From Trichlorobacter lovleyi SZ (GTDB lineage Bacteria; Desulfobacterota; Desulfuromonadia; Geobacterales; Pseudopelobacteraceae), in the NCBI RefSeq assembly GCF_000020385.1, contig NC_010814.1:300001-332000 (forward strand): a DNA stretch of 32,000 nucleotides. The letters run 5' to 3'. The number at the start of each line of letters is the position of its first letter. Within the stretch, counting starts at the first letter, position 1. This document shows positions 1 through 7,348 of this stretch, piece after piece. Under the pieces are notes generated by a model, which was not told the origin of the DNA, ran no database searches, and saw only the letters and a program-made list of their open reading frames with translations. Both the position numbers and the translations under genes were made by a program.

Positions 1-806
1 TAGCTTGCGTAACGGGCCATCATCTCATCCAGAGTCAACATCGTCAGAGCCGAAACAAGGCTATTGCGCTGCCACCCATTGGCCGTTGCCTTCCGATCAA
101 AACGATCGACAAGCAGCACATCCTTGCCGGCGGCACGTTCCAGAGAGACCGGCGCCACATCAATGCCAGCCATGGCAGCTAGTCTCATTGCGACATACTC
201 TGCTTTGACGACGGAGTATAGGTCGGTGGAAGTGGAAAATTTCGCTATGAATTTCCGGGAATCACTTTCAATGAGGGCCTTGGGTCGTGCTCCACCGATA
301 GAGGTTCCATGCTGAAGGGCCTGTGCAAGCTCAGGGGTTAGCGGAATACCCTTCTCGACACGCTCGGTCGCCTCAATCAGTTCTTCAATGGGGGCTCCAG
401 AGGCATATCGCGGCTCGTACTGCGTAGGCGATAACTGGAAATCAAGGGCGCCTATCCTGTCGGACCCGGACTCAATAAGGTAACTGAGTTCGTCGAGTGC
501 TGCCGGGTCGATTCCAGACGCTTTATTTCCGAACTTCTTGTTGAGAATTACCCTGCGTCCCCAGGCATCAGGAGCAGCGTCCCGTAAACACCCCGGGATG
601 GAAAGCCCAGAAAGGAGAGGGAGTAGCCCCTGACGCAGGGGAAGTTCAGCGTCGTAAATCGAAATAGCATTGTCGCGCTGCAGGTAGCTTTTACCGTAGT
701 TGAAGACATATGTCGTCCCTACGGTCGTAAGCATTCCGGCCACTACCGGATCTGTCTCTCCAGGGAGCCAGATCCAGACATATAATTCTTTGTACTCAGA
801 ATTCAT
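1..806 (-). CDS. hipA: HipA-family serine/threonine kinase toxin, N-terminal ~268 aa; 3' part lies off the window
   Basis: Not in the ORF track because it runs off the left edge. Hand translation of the minus strand from ATG at 806..804 gives MNSEYKELYVWIWLPGETDPVVAG...SIGGARPKALIE...GKDVLLVDRFDRKA..., which are HipA N-terminal and kinase-core style motifs. It overlaps the stop of the upstream XRE gene by 11 nt. Confidence 0.85.
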   Translation of the reverse strand, partial: MNSEYKELYVWIWLPGETDPVVAGMLTTVGTTYVFNYGKSYLQRDNAISIYDAELPLRQGLLPLLSGLSIPGCLRDAAPDAWGRRVILNKKFGNKASGIDPAALDELSYLIESGSDRIGALDFQLSPTQYEPRYASGAPIEELIEATERVEKGIPLTPELAQALQHGTSIGGARPKALIESDSRKFIAKFSTSTDLYSVVKAEYVAMRLAAMAGIDVAPVSLERAAGKDVLLVDRFDRKATANGWQRNSLVSALTMLTLDEMMARYAS

Positions 807-1134
807 CGTTTACCTTCATAGAGCTGCGAACCAGCTGGGGCAGAAGAGCCAGCTTATCGTCAACCCGGCTTATATTTCTGGAGATATTCGCGTTCCCTTC
901 ATCCCCAAATAGGTTTACCCCAACCAGGTTGGCTACCTCAAACACCAGGCCGATCTCACACTTCGGATCGCCACGCTCGATCTTCTGCAAAGTCCTTCTG
1001 GAAATCCCTGCCCGACCAGACAGGTCTTCCTCAGTCATCTTGCGCTCTTTCCTGCCAAGCCGGATGAGTTTGCCCAACAGCTCTGCAGCATCCCGGGTCT
1101 GGCGGAGATATGTACGGTTGACTGGAGACGCCAT
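796..1134 (-). CDS. hipB: XRE-family HTH antitoxin (HipB-like)
   Basis: 112 aa with an HTH segment MTEEDLSGRAGISRRTLQKIERGD. ATG is preceded by AGGTGA. It lies directly upstream of, and overlaps, the hipA-like gene. Confidence 0.8.
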   Translation of the reverse strand: MASPVNRTYLRQTRDAAELLGKLIRLGRKERKMTEEDLSGRAGISRRTLQKIERGDPKCEIGLVFEVANLVGVNLFGDEGNANISRNISRVDDKLALLPQLVRSSMKVNDEF

Positions 1135-1276
1135 AGATCACCTATTGAGCATTAACGTAGTCATGTGATAGCTTCGTGATTACGATAATAGTCAAAACAT
1201 ATAAAGGCGTCAATAGAATTTACTGTTTAGCTGATGACCTGTCATGACTTAATGTCAATCCAAATGAAGCCAAATA

Positions 1277-1594
1277 TCATTCCAGTATTTTACCAAGTAC
1301 CGAGGAACAATAGTCATCCGTAACTTCACCTGATGGGATGATACGCCTTTCTACTATCGCTGCCGGTTTTGGTAGCAATTCTCTTGGCTGCTCCATGGCT
1401 ATTTGGGTTTTTGTGCGTGTTGGCGGAGTTTCGCGAGACATGAGATCCATGACCTGCATCCCTTGCTCTGATGCAAGAAAGTATTTGAGTGCTTCGTGAG
1501 TGTATGCCGACTGCTTCCGACTTTTACGGAGGCGTGCGAAGGCATTGACAATGTCGGGATCATAGGTTTTGATTTTGAGCGTGAACTGAGCCAT
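1277..1594 (-). CDS. Small putative ParR-like centromere-binding adaptor (assigned by position only)
   Basis: 105-aa ORF 9 nt downstream of the ParM-like gene, the classic parM-parR order. The N-terminus FTLKIKTYDPDIVNAFARLRK is compatible with a ribbon-helix-helix start. I recognise no sequence family. Confidence 0.45.
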   Translation of the reverse strand: MAQFTLKIKTYDPDIVNAFARLRKSRKQSAYTHEALKYFLASEQGMQVMDLMSRETPPTRTKTQIAMEQPRELLPKPAAIVERRIIPSGEVTDDYCSSVLGKILE

Positions 1595-1603
1595 GACTCA
1601 CGC

Positions 1604-2485
1604 TCACATTCCGCCAGCAAGTGAGCGGAATCCGCGGGCATTCGCAAATTCCGGAACCGGCAGGACGATTACCTCAATATTCTTTGCCGGAAAGCCATCC
1701 TTGAGCAGTGCGGCTCCGCCACCAAACAGCAATACCCGGTCGAAGTCGGCATGCATTCCAACGTGCGCCTGCAGCTCTCCCTGGACATCCTTTATGATGT
1801 GCTCGATGTAGGCAACGCCGGCATCGCTGATTTCTCTTCTGACATCGTGTCGCTCGAATCCGTATTGCAGATAACCCTTCTCGATCAGGAAAGCTATTTC
1901 GACCGGGGTAAAAGTGCCGGAAGGTGCCAGGTCCTTGATGCGTGGCAGCAGATAGCTGGTTGCCATTTGGTGAACACCCCGTTTGTTGAGGGTCTTGCCG
2001 TAGATGATCTGTCTTTTCTGAGGAGAAAAGAGCGTAAAGATGATGGTGTTGAATCCGATGTCTATTCCCAGCACGTTGCCTTCAGGGCGTTCCTCGACAT
2101 TATCCAGGTAATCCCTGAGTCCACCGAGTCCTTGCGGGAATATGGCAACGTCAGTGACGAGCGCTCCAGTCAATGCCTTTGCTAGGGCCGGAACCGCTCC
2201 GCCAGGTTTGTTTTGATCCTGCCAATAGGAATATGGCAGACCAACGGCGAGTGTTACTATCCCTTCTGCTCTCGCCGCCTTGAAACAGTGGCCAACAAAT
2301 TCTGGATAAAACCTTACAAGCTCTTCCATTGTTTTCAGGTAGGACGACCCTGATGACAACAGAGCTTCTTCGCCTAACAGCAGGTTTTCACCGTCATACC
2401 TGAATGCGGAAATAATTCTCCCCTTACGATCCTCATACATCCACTTCGCCGACGAAAATCCCAGATCACAAACCAGCACTCCCAT
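1604..2485 (-). CDS. parM: ParM/StbA-type actin-like plasmid segregation ATPase
   Basis: Actin-fold motifs: VLVCDLGFSSAKW (phosphate 1), VLGIDIGFNT (phosphate 2), VLLFGGGAALL (adenosine). Start moved from the ORF-track 2518 to ATG 2485, which follows GGAGG (plus strand cctcc at 2491-2495). Confidence 0.8.
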   Translation of the reverse strand: MGVLVCDLGFSSAKWMYEDRKGRIISAFRYDGENLLLGEEALLSSGSSYLKTMEELVRFYPEFVGHCFKAARAEGIVTLAVGLPYSYWQDQNKPGGAVPALAKALTGALVTDVAIFPQGLGGLRDYLDNVEERPEGNVLGIDIGFNTIIFTLFSPQKRQIIYGKTLNKRGVHQMATSYLLPRIKDLAPSGTFTPVEIAFLIEKGYLQYGFERHDVRREISDAGVAYIEHIIKDVQGELQAHVGMHADFDRVLLFGGGAALLKDGFPAKNIEVIVLPVPEFANARGFRSLAGGM

Positions 2486-2497
2486 GATTGCCTCCTT

Positions 2498-2700
2498 GGA
2501 GAATATTTTGGGGAACAAAACGTCCCCTACACCTATAATCTTGCGGGGGGGAAGGTGAAGGAGACGTTTTTGGGGAATATTTGGGGGAATATTTAGGTTC
2601 CATTCAATTAAGGACCCTTTTTCGGTACCTTTTTGTTCCCCTAAAAAGGCTCCTTACCTCTGTTTGCGCAACATGGAGAACTTTTGTTCTCCATGTTGCG
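2498..2700. repeat. Repeat field upstream of parM (candidate parC centromere/promoter)
   Basis: Motif family GG(G/A)GAA(T/C)A(T/A)(T/A)T. Direct copies: ggagaatatttt 2498-2509, ggggaacaaaa 2510-2520, ggggaatattt 2572-2582, gggggaatattt 2583-2594. Inverted copies: ttttgttcccc 2631-2641, ttttgttctcc 2682-2692. Also a perfect 15-bp-arm inverted repeat at 2667-2700 (cgcaacatggagaac tttt gttctccatgttgcg). Confidence 0.4.
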
Positions 2701-3297
2701 TTATTGGTTTTGTATCTGGGCGATCATCAATTCCAGGCGTTTGATTTGCTCATCAAACCGGAGCGCCACCAGGAAGCGCTGTAGTGCGTGCTCCAGATCA
2801 ATACCCCCGGCATTTATCGACGGATTGCCGATCATCTCCGCAACATAGGCATTGCGGTCGGGATGCCAGACAATTGTTACTGATGGATGTGAATCATGTA
2901 TCCTGGTGGATAGGACCCTCTGTGGCGGATCTTCACCGAACATCCGCGCATAAACGGCAGGAAAGTCTCTCTTCAATGCTTCATGGACATCTCCTTGTTC
3001 ACCTTGTGCCAGTTCTCGTGCGGCTTTTACCGGATCAAACCCCCATCCTGTACACCAGCGCGGGAAGGAATAGCCTTTCTTCCGCAAAACGGATTCCCAC
3101 TTAACATCGATTCCGTATGACCTACGCAGACCTTCTTTTGGGAGGGTATCAATGTCGCCGGTACCCCTGAGCAGATCATGAATATGTTCGGCGCTGTTCT
3201 TGTTCAGTGTCCTGGTTATTTCGATAACGCTCAAACCGGAGGTAAATGCCTCCACTATTCGTGAGTTGAGCTTTTCTTCCAGATTTTCTACTCTCAT
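2701..3297 (-). CDS. Hypothetical protein (198 aa); HTH-like N-terminus, HicB/UPF0150-like pattern at the C-terminus
   Basis: Strong SD (caaggagactacagcATG). N-terminal LSVIEITRTLNKNSAEHIHDLL looks like an HTH. C-terminal VTIVWHPDRNAYVAEMIGNPSINAGGIDLEHALQRFLVAL resembles the HicB-type antitoxin fold pattern. No family confidently recognised. Confidence 0.6.
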   Translation of the reverse strand: MRVENLEEKLNSRIVEAFTSGLSVIEITRTLNKNSAEHIHDLLRGTGDIDTLPKEGLRRSYGIDVKWESVLRKKGYSFPRWCTGWGFDPVKAARELAQGEQGDVHEALKRDFPAVYARMFGEDPPQRVLSTRIHDSHPSVTIVWHPDRNAYVAEMIGNPSINAGGIDLEHALQRFLVALRFDEQIKRLELMIAQIQNQ

Positions 3298-3326
3298 GCT
3301 GTAGTCTCCTTGTATTGGTGAGGTAC

Positions 3327-3362
3327 AACATTTCTAAAAGAACAAGTTCTTATAGAAATGTT
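3327..3362. repeat. 17-bp-arm near-perfect inverted repeat (operator- or hairpin-like)
   Basis: aacatttctaaaagaac aa gttcttatagaaatgtt, with one mismatch in 17. It lies between the stop of orf153 (3386) and the start of orf198 (3297). No U-tract follows on the coding (minus) strand. Confidence 0.6.
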
Positions 3363-3385
3363 TAGGTGTCGACTCTGACAGATGT

Positions 3386-3847
3386 TTATTCCCAAAAATT
3401 ACTGTGGTTCCCCTCCAATATGGCCAACTGGATCAAGGTATGTTTACGGCTTCCGGATCGAGAATAACGGCGAAGGTTGTAGGCCGCCTGGCGAACTCGA
3501 TGAATTTTGAAATGCGGGTACTCAATCTTGAAGTGTTGCCGGATTCTGGTTGCCATGTCTCTAGCCCGGAGTTTCATTCCAGGTTTGAGATTGAGATAAT
3601 TGCTAAGGATGTAGCGTTCGATTTTCCCGAAATTAGGGAAAGCCAGCATGACCGCTCTCTTGTCCGGTTTGAAGGTTTTATTCATCTGGGCGACGTACCA
3701 TTCGTCTGTCCAGACTCGACAGAGAGCAGAAAGAAGCAGCTGATTACTGTCAGTAAGCGGGAATTCGATGATGCGGTCTTCAGCAAGGCGCCTGAGCACC
3801 TTCTGGGATAATGGTTTGAACTTCGTGATTGCTGCATTGCGTTTCAT
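3386..3847 (-). CDS. Hypothetical basic protein (153 aa)
   Basis: ORF with SD AAGGAG 7 nt before the ATG. Lys/Arg-rich. No recognisable motif. Confidence 0.55.
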   Translation of the reverse strand: MKRNAAITKFKPLSQKVLRRLAEDRIIEFPLTDSNQLLLSALCRVWTDEWYVAQMNKTFKPDKRAVMLAFPNFGKIERYILSNYLNLKPGMKLRARDMATRIRQHFKIEYPHFKIHRVRQAAYNLRRYSRSGSRKHTLIQLAILEGNHSNFWE

Positions 3848-3902
3848 TATTGCTCCTTTGCGGGTCGTAATAATCGGTTGTTGCTGCCGTGAAGTATCTT
3901 GT

Positions 3903-4547
3903 TCAGGAAGGCGGGCTTCTCGACGAGTAACCCAAAGGCGTGAAGTCCTGTATGGCTACACAGCCAGACATTATTTCCTGGTGCTGTTGGGTCAAGAGCC
4001 TCATGCGGTCGACGACGATGGTTCCGTTGTCTGCGAGCTGCTTTATTCGTCTGAACGCCCGTTTCAAAGTGTCTCTGACATTGAAGTCAGAGCAGCCGTA
4101 GAGATCAGCGATCTCGTGTGTTGTTAGTTTCCCTTGTTCAGCTACCCCCAGGGAGAGAGACAGAGTTTCTCTTTCCCTTGCCGTCAAGTGGTGTGAAATA
4201 GCCTCGAAGATTGCCTCGATGTCAGCGCCTTCTTCACTCCTATGACTCGTCTGTTCGACTGCCTCGATGTCGCCATAACAGATATGCGAAGGAATCGAAT
4301 TGGAACCATGGGTAAAGTTAGGGTCAGGAGTGAGAACGCTGATCTTGTTCCGGAATGTGGTCCAGAAGGCAGCCTCGAACGGGATATTCTTCTCCTGACT
4401 ACGTAGGACTGCTACCAGAGCGGCTTCGTATGCCTCTTGCAGAAAATCGCACATATCATAGGGGGTGAATTTCCGATACTGCCTGATCTTGCTCTTGATC
4501 GTGGGTTCGTTGTCCTGCACCCATTGCATTGCCTTGAAGAAATCCAT
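3903..4547 (-). CDS. Sigma-70 family (ECF-like) RNA polymerase sigma factor with a ~50-aa C-terminal extension
   Basis: Region-2-like DMCDFLQEAYEAALVAV. Region-4-like LTARERETLSLSLG...LTTHEIADLYGCSDFNVRDTLKRAFRRIKQL. Start moved to ATG 4547 behind GGAGG (gatcggaggtcatATG); the ORF-track start 4616 would read through a terminator hairpin. Confidence 0.75.
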   Translation of the reverse strand: MDFFKAMQWVQDNEPTIKSKIRQYRKFTPYDMCDFLQEAYEAALVAVLRSQEKNIPFEAAFWTTFRNKISVLTPDPNFTHGSNSIPSHICYGDIEAVEQTSHRSEEGADIEAIFEAISHHLTARERETLSLSLGVAEQGKLTTHEIADLYGCSDFNVRDTLKRAFRRIKQLADNGTIVVDRMRLLTQQHQEIMSGCVAIQDFTPLGYSSRSPPS

Positions 4548-4560
4548 ATGACCTCCGATC

Positions 4561-4604
4561 AAACAAAAAAAGCCGGTCACGGAAGTTTTCTCCGTAGACC
4601 GGCT
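4561..4604 (-). terminator. Rho-independent terminator-like hairpin immediately upstream of the sigma-factor RBS
   Basis: Minus strand: agccggtc-tacggagaaaacttccgt-gaccggct followed by ttttttt. The T-tract ends ~6 nt before the GGAGG of the sigma gene. Confidence 0.65.
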
Positions 4605-4693
4605 TTGCCAGCACATTGAAGTGCCCGGCCGTGCCAGATTGAATCTGTGCTATTAGGTTGTCGTGCTACTACTGAAGGCCGGTTGCTCCAGGA

Positions 4694-5023
4694 TCATCTG
4701 ACAGGTTCAGAAAGCCTTACTCCCAAGCATGAAGCGATACGGATAATTTCCTCCGTGGATGAGACCTTCCGAAGATGATCTTCGACTTTTCTCCTGATTC
4801 TTACGGTGTCCCATCCAGAAGGAAGGTAAATTCCAAAAAGATGAATGGTGCCATCTTCAGCAATACTGATGGCCTGATCACGGAATGCCTTGATCACGAC
4901 ATTGATGTTCGGCAGACCTTCAACCAAGCGGTATGCATCACCTGCCTGGGTGATGGTAAGCCCTTGTTGTCGTAAATATGTGATGACGATTGTCACGGCG
5001 TCATCTGGAACTGGGCAGTTCAT
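4694..5023 (-). CDS. Hypothetical protein (109 aa) adjacent to the origin
   Basis: ORF with SD GAGGAGG before the ATG. No recognisable motifs. Confidence 0.55.
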   Translation of the reverse strand: MNCPVPDDAVTIVITYLRQQGLTITQAGDAYRLVEGLPNINVVIKAFRDQAISIAEDGTIHLFGIYLPSGWDTVRIRRKVEDHLRKVSSTEEIIRIASCLGVRLSEPVR

Positions 5024-5059
5024 GGGGTCCTCCTCAACGGGTTTTTCAGCCCCTATTGG

Positions 5060-5296
5060 TTATAAAAGGTTAAAAGAAGGTTAGGGGGCTGTGGAAAACT
5101 CTGTAACGTCTCGTGCTGTTTAGTGAAATTCCGATGTGCCTGTCGGCCAAAGGTCAATAGTTCCGCAGGTCTAAAGTCAATAGGTTTGCCGGTCAAAAGT
5201 CAGTACCTGTAGGGCTAAGGTCTATACTTTGTCGGTCAAAAGTCAGTAGTTGGCCGGTCATAGGTCAATACCTTGTAAGTCATAGGTCAATGCCTC
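5060..5296. other. Putative vegetative origin (oriV): AT-rich GGTTA repeats, DnaA-box-like site, seven iterons
   Basis: ggttataaaa ggttaaaagaa ggttaggggg (5059-5088). tgtggaaaa at 5090-5098 matches 8/9 positions of the DnaA box TGTGGATAA. The iteron array follows (next feature). Confidence 0.65.
5141..5296. repeat. Seven direct iterons, 21-23 bp spacing, core (A/T)AA(A/G)GTCA(A/G)TA(G/C)
   Basis: GTCA/GTCT cores start at 5153, 5176, 5199, 5220, 5242, 5264 and 5286. The last repeat overlaps the rep stop codon (5287-5289). Confidence 0.8.
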
Positions 5297-6207
5297 CGCG
5301 TGACGGATACCAGGTCTTCCCTGAACTCCCAGGATTCGAGGAAACTCACTTTGACGAGTACGTCGAGCGCCTTCCTCAATTCGATGCGAAAATGCCGTAA
5401 CTCCATCTCGGAACCGCACAGTTTGATGAGAGTCTCCGTTTTTACCGGGAACGGTTTCCGATGGCTCGACCAGTAACCGAAGAGTTTTGATGCAATGCCG
5501 TCTGGGAGTGCTCGTCTCGTCTCCCAATTCACCCTCGTCAGGAACTCTTCGTCGAATAGAAGGCGCATTTCTTCGCCAACCCATACTTCCCATCGGGATA
5601 GGGTTTCATTGTTATCGTTTCTGGACCGGAACTTGAGGATCAGGGAAACACTGATGAAGCTATCGAGGCGTTTTGATTGGAAGCGGATCGCGGTTGCCTG
5701 CATTCTGCTGAGACAGACGCGGAGCCGGTCGTAGCTTTGGCCCTTGATTGGCCAGCCAAGCATTTTGATGAAGGAATAAGGGGTGAAGTCGATACAATCG
5801 CCAAGACGGGTCTTCTTTGCCAGGTGCATCAGGTGCAACCAGACAAGTTCATCATCCTGGCGCAGTTCCTCTCCGCGATAAATTACCTGACCATCTCCGA
5901 TCACAGCTATTTCTGCATCCTTCATGAAGAGTCGAGCTTGATTACGGTTTCGACAATTGAAAAGTGCCGAACGAAGAATCTCATTCGGCATTGCTCGTTG
6001 AGTATCGGGCCATTCTGGAAGATACTTCGGTCTCGCTGCGAGGCTTTCAAGAATACGTTCGAACGAATCAACGCTGCTTCTATCGTCAACTGAGCTTGCT
6101 CTGTGCTGGAGTCTATTATGTTGCAATGGCCACCTCCCAGGATCGCGGAGGTAGTGCCGGTGAAACTCTGATCTGTTCGGTTTCGCGCACAAAGGCCTGA
6201 CGCTCAA
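5287..6207 (-). CDS. trfA: TrfA-family plasmid replication initiator
   Basis: LPEWPDTQRAMPNEILRSALF...IYRGEELRQDDELVWLHLMHLAKK...FTPYSFIKMLGW...YDRLRVCLSRMQATAI matches my memory of the conserved TrfA core (WP..R..PN..LRSALF; G.eL.q.D..VW). Start is uncertain: the track start 6207 is a TTG, and an in-frame TTG at 6126 has a much better SD (GGGAGGTGG). Confidence 0.8.
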   Translation of the reverse strand: MSVRPLCAKPNRSEFHRHYLRDPGRWPLQHNRLQHRASSVDDRSSVDSFERILESLAARPKYLPEWPDTQRAMPNEILRSALFNCRNRNQARLFMKDAEIAVIGDGQVIYRGEELRQDDELVWLHLMHLAKKTRLGDCIDFTPYSFIKMLGWPIKGQSYDRLRVCLSRMQATAIRFQSKRLDSFISVSLILKFRSRNDNNETLSRWEVWVGEEMRLLFDEEFLTRVNWETRRALPDGIASKLFGYWSSHRKPFPVKTETLIKLCGSEMELRHFRIELRKALDVLVKVSFLESWEFREDLVSVTRRH

Positions 6208-6416
6208 GGTCCCGACGGATAATATCCATCACACGATCAAACCTGGCTTCAGGGTCAGGTGATTTTTTGTATTCGATGGTTACTTTCACGGGCTGCTCGC
6301 AACAAACAGAAGATTAACTAAACATTTTGATGAAAATAATAAATACGTATGCTATAAATGATGAGTAAATGACGGTTGTATGTTTCATATAGACGATAAA
6401 CCGCTTGCAAATATCA

Positions 6417-6611
6417 TCAATCGGCCCAAAGTGCATCAAATGGCCAACCTAATTCTTGGGCAATCAGCCTTTGCAGGCGTTGTGATTTGGCTCTGCCGCT
6501 GATTACGTGATAGACCGCAGTACGATGTACCCCTGCTTTTTCAGCGATATGTGATCCTGATATTCCTTTCTGCATCATCAGGACCTTTATTTTAAGCGCT
6601 TTCCTCATCAT
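6417..6611 (-). CDS. Small Cro/Ner-like HTH DNA-binding protein
   Basis: 64 aa with HTH KGISGSHIAEKAGVHRTAVYHVISGR. Divergent from the CI-like repressor. No good SD at 6611; an internal start at 6578 (MMQKGIS) is possible. Confidence 0.6.
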   Translation of the reverse strand: MMRKALKIKVLMMQKGISGSHIAEKAGVHRTAVYHVISGRAKSQRLQRLIAQELGWPFDALWAD

Positions 6612-6641
6612 GATGATTATTGTTGCATAAGGATGAAAACC

Positions 6642-7334
6642 ATGTCAAGCCAAAATCTGCAAAATGATGATAACTTGATCGAAACCATCATCGAAAAGCT
6701 GAAAAAAGCCCTTGATCTGAAGAATGATACGGATGTCGCAAAAGCGCTAGAAAGCGATCCAAGGCTTCTTGGAACCTGGAAAAAGCGGGGAACAGTCCCG
6801 TACGATAAAATCATCAAATTGTGTATCAGGCATAACATCAATTTGCAGTGGATTTTCTCAGATGATAGTTCTCTTCCGACGGTGTGCCGTGACAATGGAC
6901 TTGTCTCGGAGGCTGATGGCTACGTCCAGGTTCCTCGTTACGAGGTCAAGGCCAGTGCTGGCGGAGGTGCAATTATTCATAGCGAACAGATTGTAGATCA
7001 CTTGTATTTCAAGACGGAGTGGGTAAAAAATGTGTTGGGAATTCCCAGGGATTTTCTGGCACTCATTTCAGTTCAAGGCGATAGCATGGAGCCTACCCTG
7101 AGCAACGGCGATCTGATCTTGATCGATGTCCGGACGTCGAAGGTTGAAGATGGCGCTATATACGTTGTGCAATACGACGATGTCTTACTTGTGAAGCGTC
7201 TTCAGAAGAAGTATGACGGCTCTGTTGTGATCCGAAGCGATAACACCCTATACGAGCCTGAAATTCTGCATGGGGATGAGGCGTTAAATCTTAAGATCGT
7301 CGGTAGGGTGGTTTGGGCCGGCGGGGTGATTTAG
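6642..7334 (+). CDS. CI/LexA-like repressor with S24 autopeptidase domain
   Basis: N-terminal phage-CI-type HTH (DTDVAKALESDPRLLGTWKKRGTVPYDKIIKLC...NLQWIF). C-terminal S24 motifs VQGDSMEPTL (catalytic Ser) and LLVKRL (Lys). ATG 6642 has AAGGA 8 nt upstream; the track start 6633 abuts the SD. Confidence 0.85.
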   Translation: MSSQNLQNDDNLIETIIEKLKKALDLKNDTDVAKALESDPRLLGTWKKRGTVPYDKIIKLCIRHNINLQWIFSDDSSLPTVCRDNGLVSEADGYVQVPRYEVKASAGGGAIIHSEQIVDHLYFKTEWVKNVLGIPRDFLALISVQGDSMEPTLSNGDLILIDVRTSKVEDGAIYVVQYDDVLLVKRLQKKYDGSVVIRSDNTLYEPEILHGDEALNLKIVGRVVWAGGVI

Positions 7335-7348
7335 ACAGGAATGACGGG

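Noticed and set aside
5141-5296. The direct-repeat array could be read as a small CRISPR array.
   Set aside because: The repeat period is only ~22 bp with no spacer-sized unique inserts. The repeats are degenerate and abut a TrfA-type rep gene. Iterons explain them fully.
6617-6895. 92-aa minus-strand ORF overlapping the CI-like repressor gene.
   Set aside because: It is antisense to a gene with clear HTH and S24 motifs. Its translation is Ser/Phe/Leu-rich with no SD.
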